48,548 bases of DNA from the NCBI GenBank assembly GCA_964404595.1, contig CAYOKQ010000001.1:22618-71165 (forward strand), read 5' to 3'. Made by a program: the position numbers and the translations under genes. Position 1 is the stretch's first letter, and every line of letters begins with the position of its first letter. Below, piece after piece: positions 36,413 through 44,400 of this stretch. Under the pieces are notes generated by a model. It ran no database searches. It was not told the origin of the DNA and saw only the letters and a program-made list of their open reading frames with translations. The stretch is from an uncultured Methanosarcinales archaeon (lineage in GTDB: Archaea > Nanobdellota > Nanobdellia > Woesearchaeales > GW2011-AR9).

Positions 36413-37827
36413 GCATTGATACCTTAGTAAGAGGAGTGGAAAGAAAACTTTCGGTTCAGTCAGCACTCTTAGATTTAGGTAATGCCTGGATGGATAAAAC
36501 CGATGGCATAGTCATAGATGAGGTGCACATGGATGAGCAGGAGTATGCATCTGCTCTAAAAAGAATTCCATTATGGGGAAGAGTTAAAGACAACTTGCCT
36601 CTCTATTCTAAACTGTTACAAGGAAGAAAAATAAGAGATCCAGAGCACGGTCAAGAAGCACGTCTGCTGTTTTATTTTCCAAAGCTGCTATATGTGTTTG
36701 ATGATTTCTTAGATGATCCTATCTATTCTCCCGGAAAAATAGGCCAAATACCTTTATCGTTTCCCTTAACTTTCTCCATAGTCTTAAATGGGTATGTGGC
36801 CAGAGAAAGAAAAATTGTGTGGAAAAAAGGTGACTGTAAAACAGTATTTCGAACGATTGAAAGTGGTAATCTTAAAGAAGAAATGATTCTTGATAGTCTT
36901 GGATTAAAGGATCGTTGGGAGCAATATCAAAATAGCCGGAAGCTTCCGAATGATATTCGTGAGGAATTAGAGAGTGCTTTAGACCATTTTCTATCGCATC
37001 CTTTGTATAGTGATGGAAAAGGAGGAGAACGCGGTTCTTTGGGATCACCTTTTTCCTTGAGAACTGTTTTATTAGGTTATGTTCCGGGAAAAGGGCTTAG
37101 AAAACGAAGCGGTCAATGCCGTAAAGTTTATTTTCTTCTCCAAGCAGGTCATGCACAGGAAGAATTTGTTTTGGATTCAGTTGGCCTTAGGGAACAATGG
37201 GAAGCATACCAAAAAACAAAAGGATTGCCCGAGGACATCCGAGAAAGAACCAAGGCACTTCTGGAACGATTTTTAGATAATCCATTGTATAGCAGCGGCA
37301 AATCTAAACAAGGCACTCTTGGTTCACCGTTGCCTTTGAGAACAGTATTGCGTAATTTTACTTTAGAGGGTATGCTGGACCATAATAAAGGTGAGATGAA
37401 ATTGGTGTATCAAGCAATTGTCCGTAATGTAATCACAGAAAAATTTGTGCTTGACTCAGTTGGATTAAGTGAACAATGGGAAACATATCAAAAGACCCGG
37501 CAGTTTCCAGAAGAAATTGCCACACCTTTGCGGCAGACTTTGGAACATTTTCTACGTGCCCCCTTGTATAGTACAGGAAAAAGGCAGCAAGGAAAAAAAG
37601 GGCAACCTCTCCCATTGAAAATGGTACTGCATAGTTATCATAATCAATCAGGAGAAATGTCCACTGGCAAAGGAGATTGCCATACCATCTATCGGATGAT
37701 TTATAATGGACATTTTACGGAGGATTATATTCTGGATAGAGTAGCGCTTACGCAGCAATGGAAAGATTATCAACAAAGCACCGGGGCTAAACCATTTATA
37801 TTTCCTGCGAGGGGGTGTACTCGATGA
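36409..37827 (+). CDS. repeat protein paralog 2 (472 aa): head plus 4 repeat units; unknown family
   Basis: I prefer the ATG at 36409 (MSIDTLVRGVERKLSVQSALLDLGNAWMDKTDG) over the track start at 36343. It aligns with the N-termini of both paralogs and forms an ATGA overlap with the upstream stop. Units are 94, 94, 93 and 90 aa. Confidence 0.85.
   Translation: MSIDTLVRGVERKLSVQSALLDLGNAWMDKTDGIVIDEVHMDEQEYASALKRIPLWGRVKDNLPLYSKLLQGRKIRDPEHGQEARLLFYFPKLLYVFDDFLDDPIYSPGKIGQIPLSFPLTFSIVLNGYVARERKIVWKKGDCKTVFRTIESGNLKEEMILDSLGLKDRWEQYQNSRKLPNDIREELESALDHFLSHPLYSDGKGGERGSLGSPFSLRTVLLGYVPGKGLRKRSGQCRKVYFLLQAGHAQEEFVLDSVGLREQWEAYQKTKGLPEDIRERTKALLERFLDNPLYSSGKSKQGTLGSPLPLRTVLRNFTLEGMLDHNKGEMKLVYQAIVRNVITEKFVLDSVGLSEQWETYQKTRQFPEEIATPLRQTLEHFLRAPLYSTGKRQQGKKGQPLPLKMVLHSYHNQSGEMSTGKGDCHTIYRMIYNGHFTEDYILDRVALTQQWKDYQQSTGAKPFIFPARGCTR
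36712..37824 (+). repeat. intragenic array of 4 protein-level repeat units (90-94 aa) in paralog 2
   Basis: These are the best-conserved copies, e.g. SHPLYSDGKGGERGSLGSPFSLRTVLLGY...EEFVLDSVGLREQWEAYQKTKGLPEDIRERTKALLERFL versus DNPLYSSGKSKQGTLGSPLPLRTVLRNF...EKFVLDSVGLSEQWETYQKTRQFPEEIATPLRQTLEHFL. Confidence 0.8.
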
Positions 37828-38960
37828 CATTGGATACATTAGTACGTGGAGTAGAAGCAAGAATTTCTGAGCAGTCAGCTCTCCTGGAATTAGCGCAGGC
37901 TTGGATGGAGAAAACTTCTGGAAGAGTTACAAATGAAGTTACTTTTGATACACGAGATTACATTTCCCTGTTAACTTCTTTACCTTTATGGAATGAAGTA
38001 AGAACTGAATTATCTCTCTATGCCCCCATGCTCCGTCAGACATGCTTAAGAAAGAAAAATACCAGAGGAGAGAAAGCACGGATGTTAATTTATGCTCCCA
38101 CTTTAATTCATGTGATCAACCACGTCATCGAGCATGATTTTTATAGCGAAGGAGAATCAACAAGTCCTTTAAGCCATCCCTATGGATTACTTTCCATTTT
38201 ACGTAATTATGTTTCCGAAGGAGAAGGTAAAAGGGTTCGTTTTAAAGGGGAAGGGCGCAGTGTTTTGATGGAAATGGCAGGCGGTTACTTAGATCAGGAA
38301 ACAATCTTCCGAACCACCGGCCTACAAAACAGATGGGATGCATATCAAAGCCAAAGAAAAATTCCTCCGCAGGTGGCTCGTAAAATAAAAAATGTTTTAG
38401 AACATTTCTTGGAGCATAAGCATTATTCTGCCGGTAATGGAAAACAGGGTGCACTCGGCCAACCATTGCCACTGCGCTCAGTTTTGCACAATTACCAAGC
38501 TAAAGAAAATGGAAAAATGGTGCAGTCGAGAGGGGATTGTGCTCAAATATATACGGCATTGTTCCAAGAATTAATTACAGAGGATATGGTTTGGAAAGCG
38601 ACAGGTTTGGAAGAAGCGTGGAGTGAATACCAAAAAACAACAAAACTTCCACCAGAAATGGTTGACAAAATTAATGAAACTATGCGCACCTTTTTACGAA
38701 ATCCTTTGTATAGCCCGGGCTGTGCAGCCTATGGGCCAAAAGGTGTTCCTATCCCACTGAACTCTTTTTTTCGTAGCTACAGAGTTGGAGAAATGCGTAT
38801 CAGGAAAAATTGTGGCGATTTACGTGTGGTATGGGATGGATTAGTGCGAGAGAGAATCACTCCAGAGATGATTTGGCAAGCAGTTCCTTTAAAAGCAGAA
38901 TGGGAAGCGTATCGACAAAGTACTGCGGATAAGCCTTACCAGCTAGGAACAGAGTTATGA
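37824..38960 (+). CDS. repeat protein paralog 3 (378 aa): head plus 3 repeat units; unknown family
   Basis: The ATG at 37824 (MTLDTLVRGVEARISEQSALLELAQAWMEKTSG) forms an ATGA overlap with the upstream stop. The track start at 37815 is a GTG. Units are 94, 95 and 87 aa. Confidence 0.85.
   Translation: MTLDTLVRGVEARISEQSALLELAQAWMEKTSGRVTNEVTFDTRDYISLLTSLPLWNEVRTELSLYAPMLRQTCLRKKNTRGEKARMLIYAPTLIHVINHVIEHDFYSEGESTSPLSHPYGLLSILRNYVSEGEGKRVRFKGEGRSVLMEMAGGYLDQETIFRTTGLQNRWDAYQSQRKIPPQVARKIKNVLEHFLEHKHYSAGNGKQGALGQPLPLRSVLHNYQAKENGKMVQSRGDCAQIYTALFQELITEDMVWKATGLEEAWSEYQKTTKLPPEMVDKINETMRTFLRNPLYSPGCAAYGPKGVPIPLNSFFRSYRVGEMRIRKNCGDLRVVWDGLVRERITPEMIWQAVPLKAEWEAYRQSTADKPYQLGTEL
38130..38957 (+). 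repeat. intragenic array of 3 protein-level repeat units in paralog 3
   Basis: Same consensus as the other two arrays. The terminal unit ends with WEAYRQSTADKPY, parallel to WQDYQHSTAAAPF in paralog 1 and WKDYQQSTGAKPF in paralog 2. Confidence 0.75.
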
Positions 38961-38997
38961 ATGCAGTAACCTTTTCGCTATACTGCTATAACAAAAG

Positions 38998-39005
38998 ATT
39001 TAAAA
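38998..39005 (+). promoter_or_regulatory. TATA-like box (ATTTAAAA) about 28 nt upstream of the 39030 ATG
   Basis: It lies in the 69-nt gap after paralog 3 and suggests the 319-aa gene can be transcribed independently and leaderless. Confidence 0.3.
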
Positions 39006-39029
39006 ACTACTAAAGAGTAAAAACAAAAA

Positions 39030-39989
39030 ATGGCCCTTGAAGACAAATTCAAACAGCAAGCAGTCGTACTGGATCTATTGGAAGCAGCAGGAATAGCCGG
39101 CAAACAAAGAGCTACCTATGAAGCTACATTAACCACTCCTTTGACCATAAGATTATTTACCGCCGAAGCAGATTTAACTCCCGTAAAACAGAAATTGGCA
39201 GGTAAACGTGTAAAATTAACGGAGAGTCAAGAAAATATAGCAGTACTAGTAAGACATTTGCATGACTTTGAACAATCGGTGGGGGCTTGGTTAGCAACAC
39301 GGCCTACTCAACCATACGCTGTCGAATATGTGCTGGCTCATTATGACATCAAGAAAAAAGATTTTACTGATGCTGGCACTGCCACAGCATTGCTCAATAA
39401 AGTAGATTTCAATGGTCTTCAAACACTCCGTAGGCATAGCCGATTTGAGGGAGAATTAAGAAAACTCTATGGGTCTGTTTCCAATGGAACCGTTGATTAT
39501 ACCGCAAAAGCAGAGGATGTTTCCAAAAAAATTATTGGCAGAATTATGGTAGTTCCAAGCACAGCTTTGACTACTGCTTTCGCAGTCAATGAATGGAAAG
39601 CGTTCAAGGCTGGGAAAGGTAATACTTATCAGCCTATTCATGCTACAATTATTGAAACTGAAGGCTTTGAAACTGATTCAGCAGTGACCAGATCGCGCTA
39701 TTGCATGTTAGCAGCACCAGGACAAATTGATATAATGCCTAATCGGGGTCACACGCTTCTTAACATTGGAACGAGGAATACAGAAGTTCCATCTTGTGTA
39801 ATGGTGCGCGCAATAGTTATTGAAGGCAAAGCGATAGAAGGGCCCGGCAAGGTGAGTGAAGCTTTGTTTGATCAAAATTTAGTTGGACAGGTTCTGGGTG
39901 TAGATATTCCGGTGGAAGGATATACTGCTCCCAGTGGGTATGTTCCAGCAAGTGCTGCTTTTAGTACTGGAAAATATCGGATGCAATAA
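39030..39989 (+). CDS. hypothetical protein (319 aa), A/T/G/V-rich, with no TM segment or signal peptide
   Basis: Clean ORF at roughly 45-50% GC, like the operon upstream. The N-terminal half looks helical and the C-terminal half beta-rich. I recognise no motif. Confidence 0.6.
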   Translation: MALEDKFKQQAVVLDLLEAAGIAGKQRATYEATLTTPLTIRLFTAEADLTPVKQKLAGKRVKLTESQENIAVLVRHLHDFEQSVGAWLATRPTQPYAVEYVLAHYDIKKKDFTDAGTATALLNKVDFNGLQTLRRHSRFEGELRKLYGSVSNGTVDYTAKAEDVSKKIIGRIMVVPSTALTTAFAVNEWKAFKAGKGNTYQPIHATIIETEGFETDSAVTRSRYCMLAAPGQIDIMPNRGHTLLNIGTRNTEVPSCVMVRAIVIEGKAIEGPGKVSEALFDQNLVGQVLGVDIPVEGYTAPSGYVPASAAFSTGKYRMQ

Positions 39990-40005
39990 TTGAGGAAAAT
40001 AAAAA

Positions 40006-40965
40006 TTATTCAACAATCGAAGGTAGATAACTAATTTTATATTCTTTAAAGATTAATATATTTTCAAAGCTCTTGATTACTTCTGGGAATTTATCTCTCA
40101 ATTCAAATATTAAATTTCTGATATCTGTAGAACTTTCCACCTGTAAATCAATAAGGAGGTCATAATTACCAATTGTTGAAGTCAAATAATAAGTTTCTTT
40201 TTGTTGCAAGATATAACTCATAAATCTTTTTTTCGTTTTTTCGTCTATTGGCTGTAATTTAATCAATAAAAGATACCATTGTATCCCTAATTTGGATACA
40301 TCCAATTTCATTCTGAAACCATTAATAACTTCGCTTGTTTTGAGTTTCTTTAATCGATATCTAACTATGTCTATGGTCATTCCGTTTTTATTAGAAATTG
40401 TTGTTATTCTTTCTCGTGCATTTTGTCCTAATGCTTTCATCAAATGAATATCCTCATTGTCCAAGGTTATTCGTTGGAATTGTTCTGTTTGAACTCCTTC
40501 AAGATCGGCCTCTAAGAATCTATAACTTAATTTATGTGATCTTGTTAATATGGAAAAATTAGCCTCTCTTAAATATTCTGCGCAAATATTTTTTATTTTA
40601 AGGTATAAATCATCAAATTCTTTAAGGGTCTTAGCATAAACTAAAAGAATTATATTTGATTTACCGATTCCATTAATAATCCAGCCAATATTTTCTTCAT
40701 CAACAAATTTTTCAATTATCTCTTTTTCCGTTTTATTGGTTATTTTTTCTAATTCCAAAAAGATGTAATAGGAATTAAACCCCAATTTACTAAGGTTAAA
40801 TTCCGTATAAAAGCTTTTAATGAGTCCATTTTCCTGCATTTTCTTAATTCTGTAGCTAACTGCTTGTTTGCTTATCTTTAACTTCTTAGCAATATTTGAA
40901 TCTGGTTCCCGGCAATTCCTATTAAGAATTCTGAGAATCTCTTGATCTCTCTTGTTTAACCACAT
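40006..40965 (-). CDS. tandem (duplicated) Lrp/AsnC-family transcriptional regulator, paralog B
   Basis: Two HTH_AsnC-like units are present: ILRILNRNCREPDSNIAKKLKISKQAVSYRIKKMQENGLIKSF and LMKALGQNARERITTISNKNGMTIDIVRYRLKKLKTSEVINGF. Architecture and length match the gene at 17136..18098. GC is very low. Confidence 0.8.
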   Translation of the reverse strand: MWLNKRDQEILRILNRNCREPDSNIAKKLKISKQAVSYRIKKMQENGLIKSFYTEFNLSKLGFNSYYIFLELEKITNKTEKEIIEKFVDEENIGWIINGIGKSNIILLVYAKTLKEFDDLYLKIKNICAEYLREANFSILTRSHKLSYRFLEADLEGVQTEQFQRITLDNEDIHLMKALGQNARERITTISNKNGMTIDIVRYRLKKLKTSEVINGFRMKLDVSKLGIQWYLLLIKLQPIDEKTKKRFMSYILQQKETYYLTSTIGNYDLLIDLQVESSTDIRNLIFELRDKFPEVIKSFENILIFKEYKISYLPSIVE

Positions 40966-41076
40966 ATTAGAACAATAAGGTAATAATTATATAAATCTTA
41001 CTAAAAAGTTCTATTATTTTATAGTTAATTTAATGATAGCTATACTTGTTTTATTCTTGGTGAGTTTAATATTAAT

Positions 41077-42102
41077 ATGGATACCTCAAAAAAATTGAAA
41101 TGCGGAAAATTGCCCGATAATGAATTGTCTAAAATTTTAGAAAAATATACCAATAGTGCCAATGAAAGAGTATTATTAGGGCCAAAACTTGGAGAAGATG
41201 CAGGAATAATTGATATGGGTTCAAAAACAAATAATTGTTTGGCAGTTGCAGTCGATCCAATAATGGTAAATATTTCCAATGCTCCGTATTTTGCTGTTGC
41301 CATTAACGTAAATGATATCGTGACCAGGGGAGCTACTCCTAAATGGGCTTCTTCAAGTGTTTTTTTCCCAGAAGGATCGACCTTAGATGACGTTGACAGA
41401 TTCTTTGGACAGTTATATGATGCCATTAAACCACATGGAATTTCCATCGTAACTGGACATACTGAAGTAACTTCTCTTCTAAAAAATCCAGGAATTGTTT
41501 TAACAATGTTAGGAGAAGTAGACAAAGATAAGATTATTACTACCTCAGGGGCAAAAGAAGGAGATTCATTAGTTTTAACCGGCAGTGCAGGAATAGAAGG
41601 AACGGCAATTTTAGCAGCAGATATGTACCAATCATTACAAGGAAAAGTTGATGAAAGCACAATAGGGAGAGCAAAGCAATTTCTGTATGATCCCGGTATT
41701 TGTGTTGCGCAAGCAGCTTACATAGCTTGGAATCATTCACCCCATTCATTGCATGACCCAACAGAAGGGGGTGTTAGGAAAGGGATTGAGGAATTAGCGA
41801 TAGCTTCAGGGAATGGGGTTTATGTTGATTATGATAAAATTCCAATTAGAGAAGAAACTCAAAAAATATGTGCTGTTACTGGTGATGACCCACTAGGAAT
41901 ATTTGGTTCAGGAGCTTTATTGATCAGTATTGGTAAAGATAAAGTTAAAAGTTTACTCAGAGATTATCAGAAAGTTGGCATTGTAGCACAGGAAATTGGA
42001 CGAGTAACTTCAGAAGATAAAGGAAGAGTGTTGCGTTATCAGGGAAAAGAGATTCCGTTACTGGCAAGCTATACAGACGGCTTAATAGATCGGTTGAATT
42101 AG
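41077..42102 (+). CDS. AIR synthase-related protein (PurM/HypE/ThiL superfamily)
   Basis: GEDAGIIDMG...AVAVDPIMV...FAVAINVNDIVTRGATPKW is the PurM-like N domain. GISIVTGHTEV and the later HDPTEGG follow. The minus-strand ORF 41040..41660 is an antisense shadow. Confidence 0.8.
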   Translation: MDTSKKLKCGKLPDNELSKILEKYTNSANERVLLGPKLGEDAGIIDMGSKTNNCLAVAVDPIMVNISNAPYFAVAINVNDIVTRGATPKWASSSVFFPEGSTLDDVDRFFGQLYDAIKPHGISIVTGHTEVTSLLKNPGIVLTMLGEVDKDKIITTSGAKEGDSLVLTGSAGIEGTAILAADMYQSLQGKVDESTIGRAKQFLYDPGICVAQAAYIAWNHSPHSLHDPTEGGVRKGIEELAIASGNGVYVDYDKIPIREETQKICAVTGDDPLGIFGSGALLISIGKDKVKSLLRDYQKVGIVAQEIGRVTSEDKGRVLRYQGKEIPLLASYTDGLIDRLN

Positions 42103-42156
42103 TTATCTCCTATTTTTTTTCTTTCTTAAAGTGTTAACTTCTATAAAACATACATT

Positions 42157-42546
42157 CTATGCCGCAATTGCTTCCTGCACATTTATTTCTTCATCAACTT
42201 CCCGATACAGCGCATGAATCTTTCGAATGATCTCTGGCCGTGGCTTTCGACTGGCTAACGCAACATATGCTTCCAGCTCTTTAATTTTGCCCAATTCACG
42301 CTTTATGGAAGCCAGAAATCTTTCCCTAGCCCCTGCTTTCAGAGCACTGCCGGCAGATTTCCATTCTGCTTTGACACTGCGCTCTAATCTTCCTAAAAAA
42401 GTATTGATGTGGCGACATAACCCTTGAATATGTTCGTCATCATGTTCGCCAGCTTCATTCAAGGAAACAATAAGTTCTTCGATCTTGGATGCAATAGCAC
42501 TGTACACTTGATGTACCTGCTGGACAAAGGGGCGTAATTGAGTCAT
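42157..42546 (-). CDS. hypothetical helical protein (129 aa)
   Basis: ORF only. Confidence 0.45.
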   Translation of the reverse strand: MTQLRPFVQQVHQVYSAIASKIEELIVSLNEAGEHDDEHIQGLCRHINTFLGRLERSVKAEWKSAGSALKAGARERFLASIKRELGKIKELEAYVALASRKPRPEIIRKIHALYREVDEEINVQEAIAA

Positions 42547-42749
42547 TCTTAGGCCTCTTTTCCAAGTATATCGGCTGTACTTGCGCCAAGCACCGCGAGT
42601 AATAAAGTAGTTGCAGTTACTTTATACACATGTTCAAAATTAGAGGTTAAATCGAGAAAGCCAAAGATCATTAAGGTGCCAACTACCACAAGCAATGAGA
42701 TGCAATACACCACGAGCACCCGTATGGGAATGAAGCGGAAAATACGAAT

Positions 42750-43085
42750 TTACTTGACTTTGCGAAAAACAAAAAAATACAAGAAAAAGAAACATACGAT
42801 CAATGAAATGATATACAAGAAGAATACCCGTACCACCGATATCTTATCGGCTATCTCGACACCATAGAAAAAAGCAAAATGACCGACGGTACCAATTAAG
42901 GCCCCAATGACACTGCGCACCACATCTGCACGGGTGATTTTGGTCAGAGGATGGCTACTGGTATCTTTTTTGATAGCTTTCTTGAGGCTCTCTAACTCTT
43001 GAAGTTCTTTCGTTTCTAAATCCTCTATTTTACGTTCTTCCTGAAGTATGAGTTTGGGGCGACTCTTTTTGGATTTTCTGGGCAT
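42750..43085 (-). CDS. hypothetical membrane protein (111 aa)
   Basis: Basic/acidic N-terminus followed by two TM helices. Confidence 0.5.
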   Translation of the reverse strand: MPRKSKKSRPKLILQEERKIEDLETKELQELESLKKAIKKDTSSHPLTKITRADVVRSVIGALIGTVGHFAFFYGVEIADKISVVRVFFLYIISLIVCFFFLYFFVFRKVK

Positions 43086-43293
43086 GGTACTGGAAAGAGA
43101 GTTAAGGAATATAAAGGTTACTGCTTATAGGAAAAGCGCCCGTAGAGTTATATAATTCTTTATACATATATTTATATACCTCTTTATTATCATTTCTTAT
43201 ATGGAAAAAATGGATGAGGGGACAGATCAAGTTCTTTTAGAGATTAAAGAGATTAGTAAACGAATCGATAAACAAATAGAAAGAAATAGAAGA

Positions 43294-43722
43294 TTACCCC
43301 TTCTTTTTTAATGAGTGATATTTCCTATATAAAATTTCATATTTATTGACGATATTTTTGGCATCTTTTAGTAATTCCTGATTTTCATAACTTACTACAT
43401 CGACTTCCTGTTTTTGATATTGAAATTTCTTTTCCAGTATAAACTTTTCAAGAGTAGCTGTAGTTAAAACTATGAGTGCAAATATGCTTATAAAAATTGC
43501 TTTGACAGAGACTTCCAAATACACTGAAACAAAATATATTAAAAATAATTGCTCAAAGAAGAAGACAAGAATGAAGAAAAGAGTAAAAATACCATAATTT
43601 TTATTGATAAAAACTCTTAAATGATTAAATTTTTGATTAATTACAGTCAACGATTCTTTTAAAAAAATCAATAAAATGATTAATAGTAGAATAAAAATGA
43701 TAAATAATCCTATAAGCATCAT
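43294..43722 (-). CDS. hypothetical membrane protein (142 aa)
   Basis: Three TM helices and a C-terminal charged tail. Very low GC. Confidence 0.45.
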   Translation of the reverse strand: MMLIGLFIIFILLLIILLIFLKESLTVINQKFNHLRVFINKNYGIFTLFFILVFFFEQLFLIYFVSVYLEVSVKAIFISIFALIVLTTATLEKFILEKKFQYQKQEVDVVSYENQELLKDAKNIVNKYEILYRKYHSLKKKG

Positions 43723-43846
43723 TTCGTAACCAATGATTACATCTTTTTATACATAACTGTCTTGCAAAATATATTTTTGTGAATGTTAATATATGTGCTA
43801 CTATATCACCATAATTCTTTTAAATCAATCATTTCTACATTTCAAA

Positions 43847-44140
43847 ATGCCTTTTTCCAAAACTTTTCCTAGAACCATTCCCGGAAGTAATTATCCGGTA
43901 TGGGAAGAAGTATTCTTGAGTGAAGAAGAGGAGAAGCAGGTAGAAGAAGAATGCAAACAAGAAAATTTCAAATTGCTCGATGATTCTCTACGGCAGGCAA
44001 AAACGTTGGTAATTAAGCATGCCATCAATACGGAAGATAACGTTGCCAGATTAGCGGTGGCTTTATTTGAAAAACAGGCTTCTCACGTGATATTCTGGAA
44101 GGAAAGCAGGGCGAAAGAGAAGTTTGAAGGGAAGAAATAA
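43847..44140 (+). CDS. hypothetical protein (97 aa)
   Basis: The ORF track starts at 43793. I prefer the ATG at 43847 (MPFSKTFPR...) because the first 18 codons look like AT-rich leader sequence. Confidence 0.4.
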   Translation: MPFSKTFPRTIPGSNYPVWEEVFLSEEEEKQVEEECKQENFKLLDDSLRQAKTLVIKHAINTEDNVARLAVALFEKQASHVIFWKESRAKEKFEGKK

Positions 44141-44181
44141 TAAGGCGAAAGGTATTTAAATAAAGAAGCCCTCAACAGAGT

Positions 44182-44400
44182 ATGACCACACAAACATTTA
44201 CCATTGTAGTTGAACAGGGGCAGGATGGCTATTTAATTTCTGAAGTGGTGGAGCTACCAGGCTGCCATACCCAAGCTAAAACTTATGATGAACTTATTGA
44301 AAGAACTAAAGAAGCAATATCACTCTACTTGGAAGTAAAAGGAGTGCCTGAAGAGATGACAAAATTCCTAAGTTTACAACAAATAGAAATGGAAGCATAA
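44182..44400 (+). CDS. hicB: HicB-family antitoxin (UPF0150)
   Basis: FTIVVEQGQDGYLISEVVELPGCHTQAKTYDELIERTKEAISLYLE is the HicB N-domain pattern. Confidence 0.8.
   Translation: MTTQTFTIVVEQGQDGYLISEVVELPGCHTQAKTYDELIERTKEAISLYLEVKGVPEEMTKFLSLQQIEMEA

Noticed and set aside
34988-38960. Assigning the repeat unit to helix-hairpin-helix or homing-endonuclease-associated repeats
   Set aside because: GIPxxxR and LDSVGL are only vaguely HhH-like, and the spacing and consensus do not match what I recall of either family. This is not supportable without profile searches.
31126-39989. SNF2 locus as a compositionally foreign island or integrated element
   Set aside because: Hand GC counts on single 60-nt lines give 28-30/60 inside the locus, the same as infB (29/60). 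I found no integrase, flanking direct repeats or tRNA attachment site. Only the DNA to its right (40.0-42.1 kb) is clearly lower in GC.
41040-41660. 206-aa minus-strand ORF
   Set aside because: It is antisense to the well-supported PurM/HypE-like gene. Its Ser/Pro/Thr-rich translation is typical of a shadow frame.
42549-42719. Possible ~57-aa GTG-initiated small membrane protein on the minus strand between 42157..42546 and 42750..43085
   Set aside because: It is hydrophobic and in a plausible position. However, it has no ATG start and no recognisable motif, and it falls below a length at which I can distinguish it from chance.
43202-43312. 36-aa + strand ORF (MEKMDEGTDQVLLEIKEISKRIDKQIERNRRLPLLF)
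   Set aside because: It is very short, overlaps the 3' end of the convergent membrane-protein gene and has no supporting signal.
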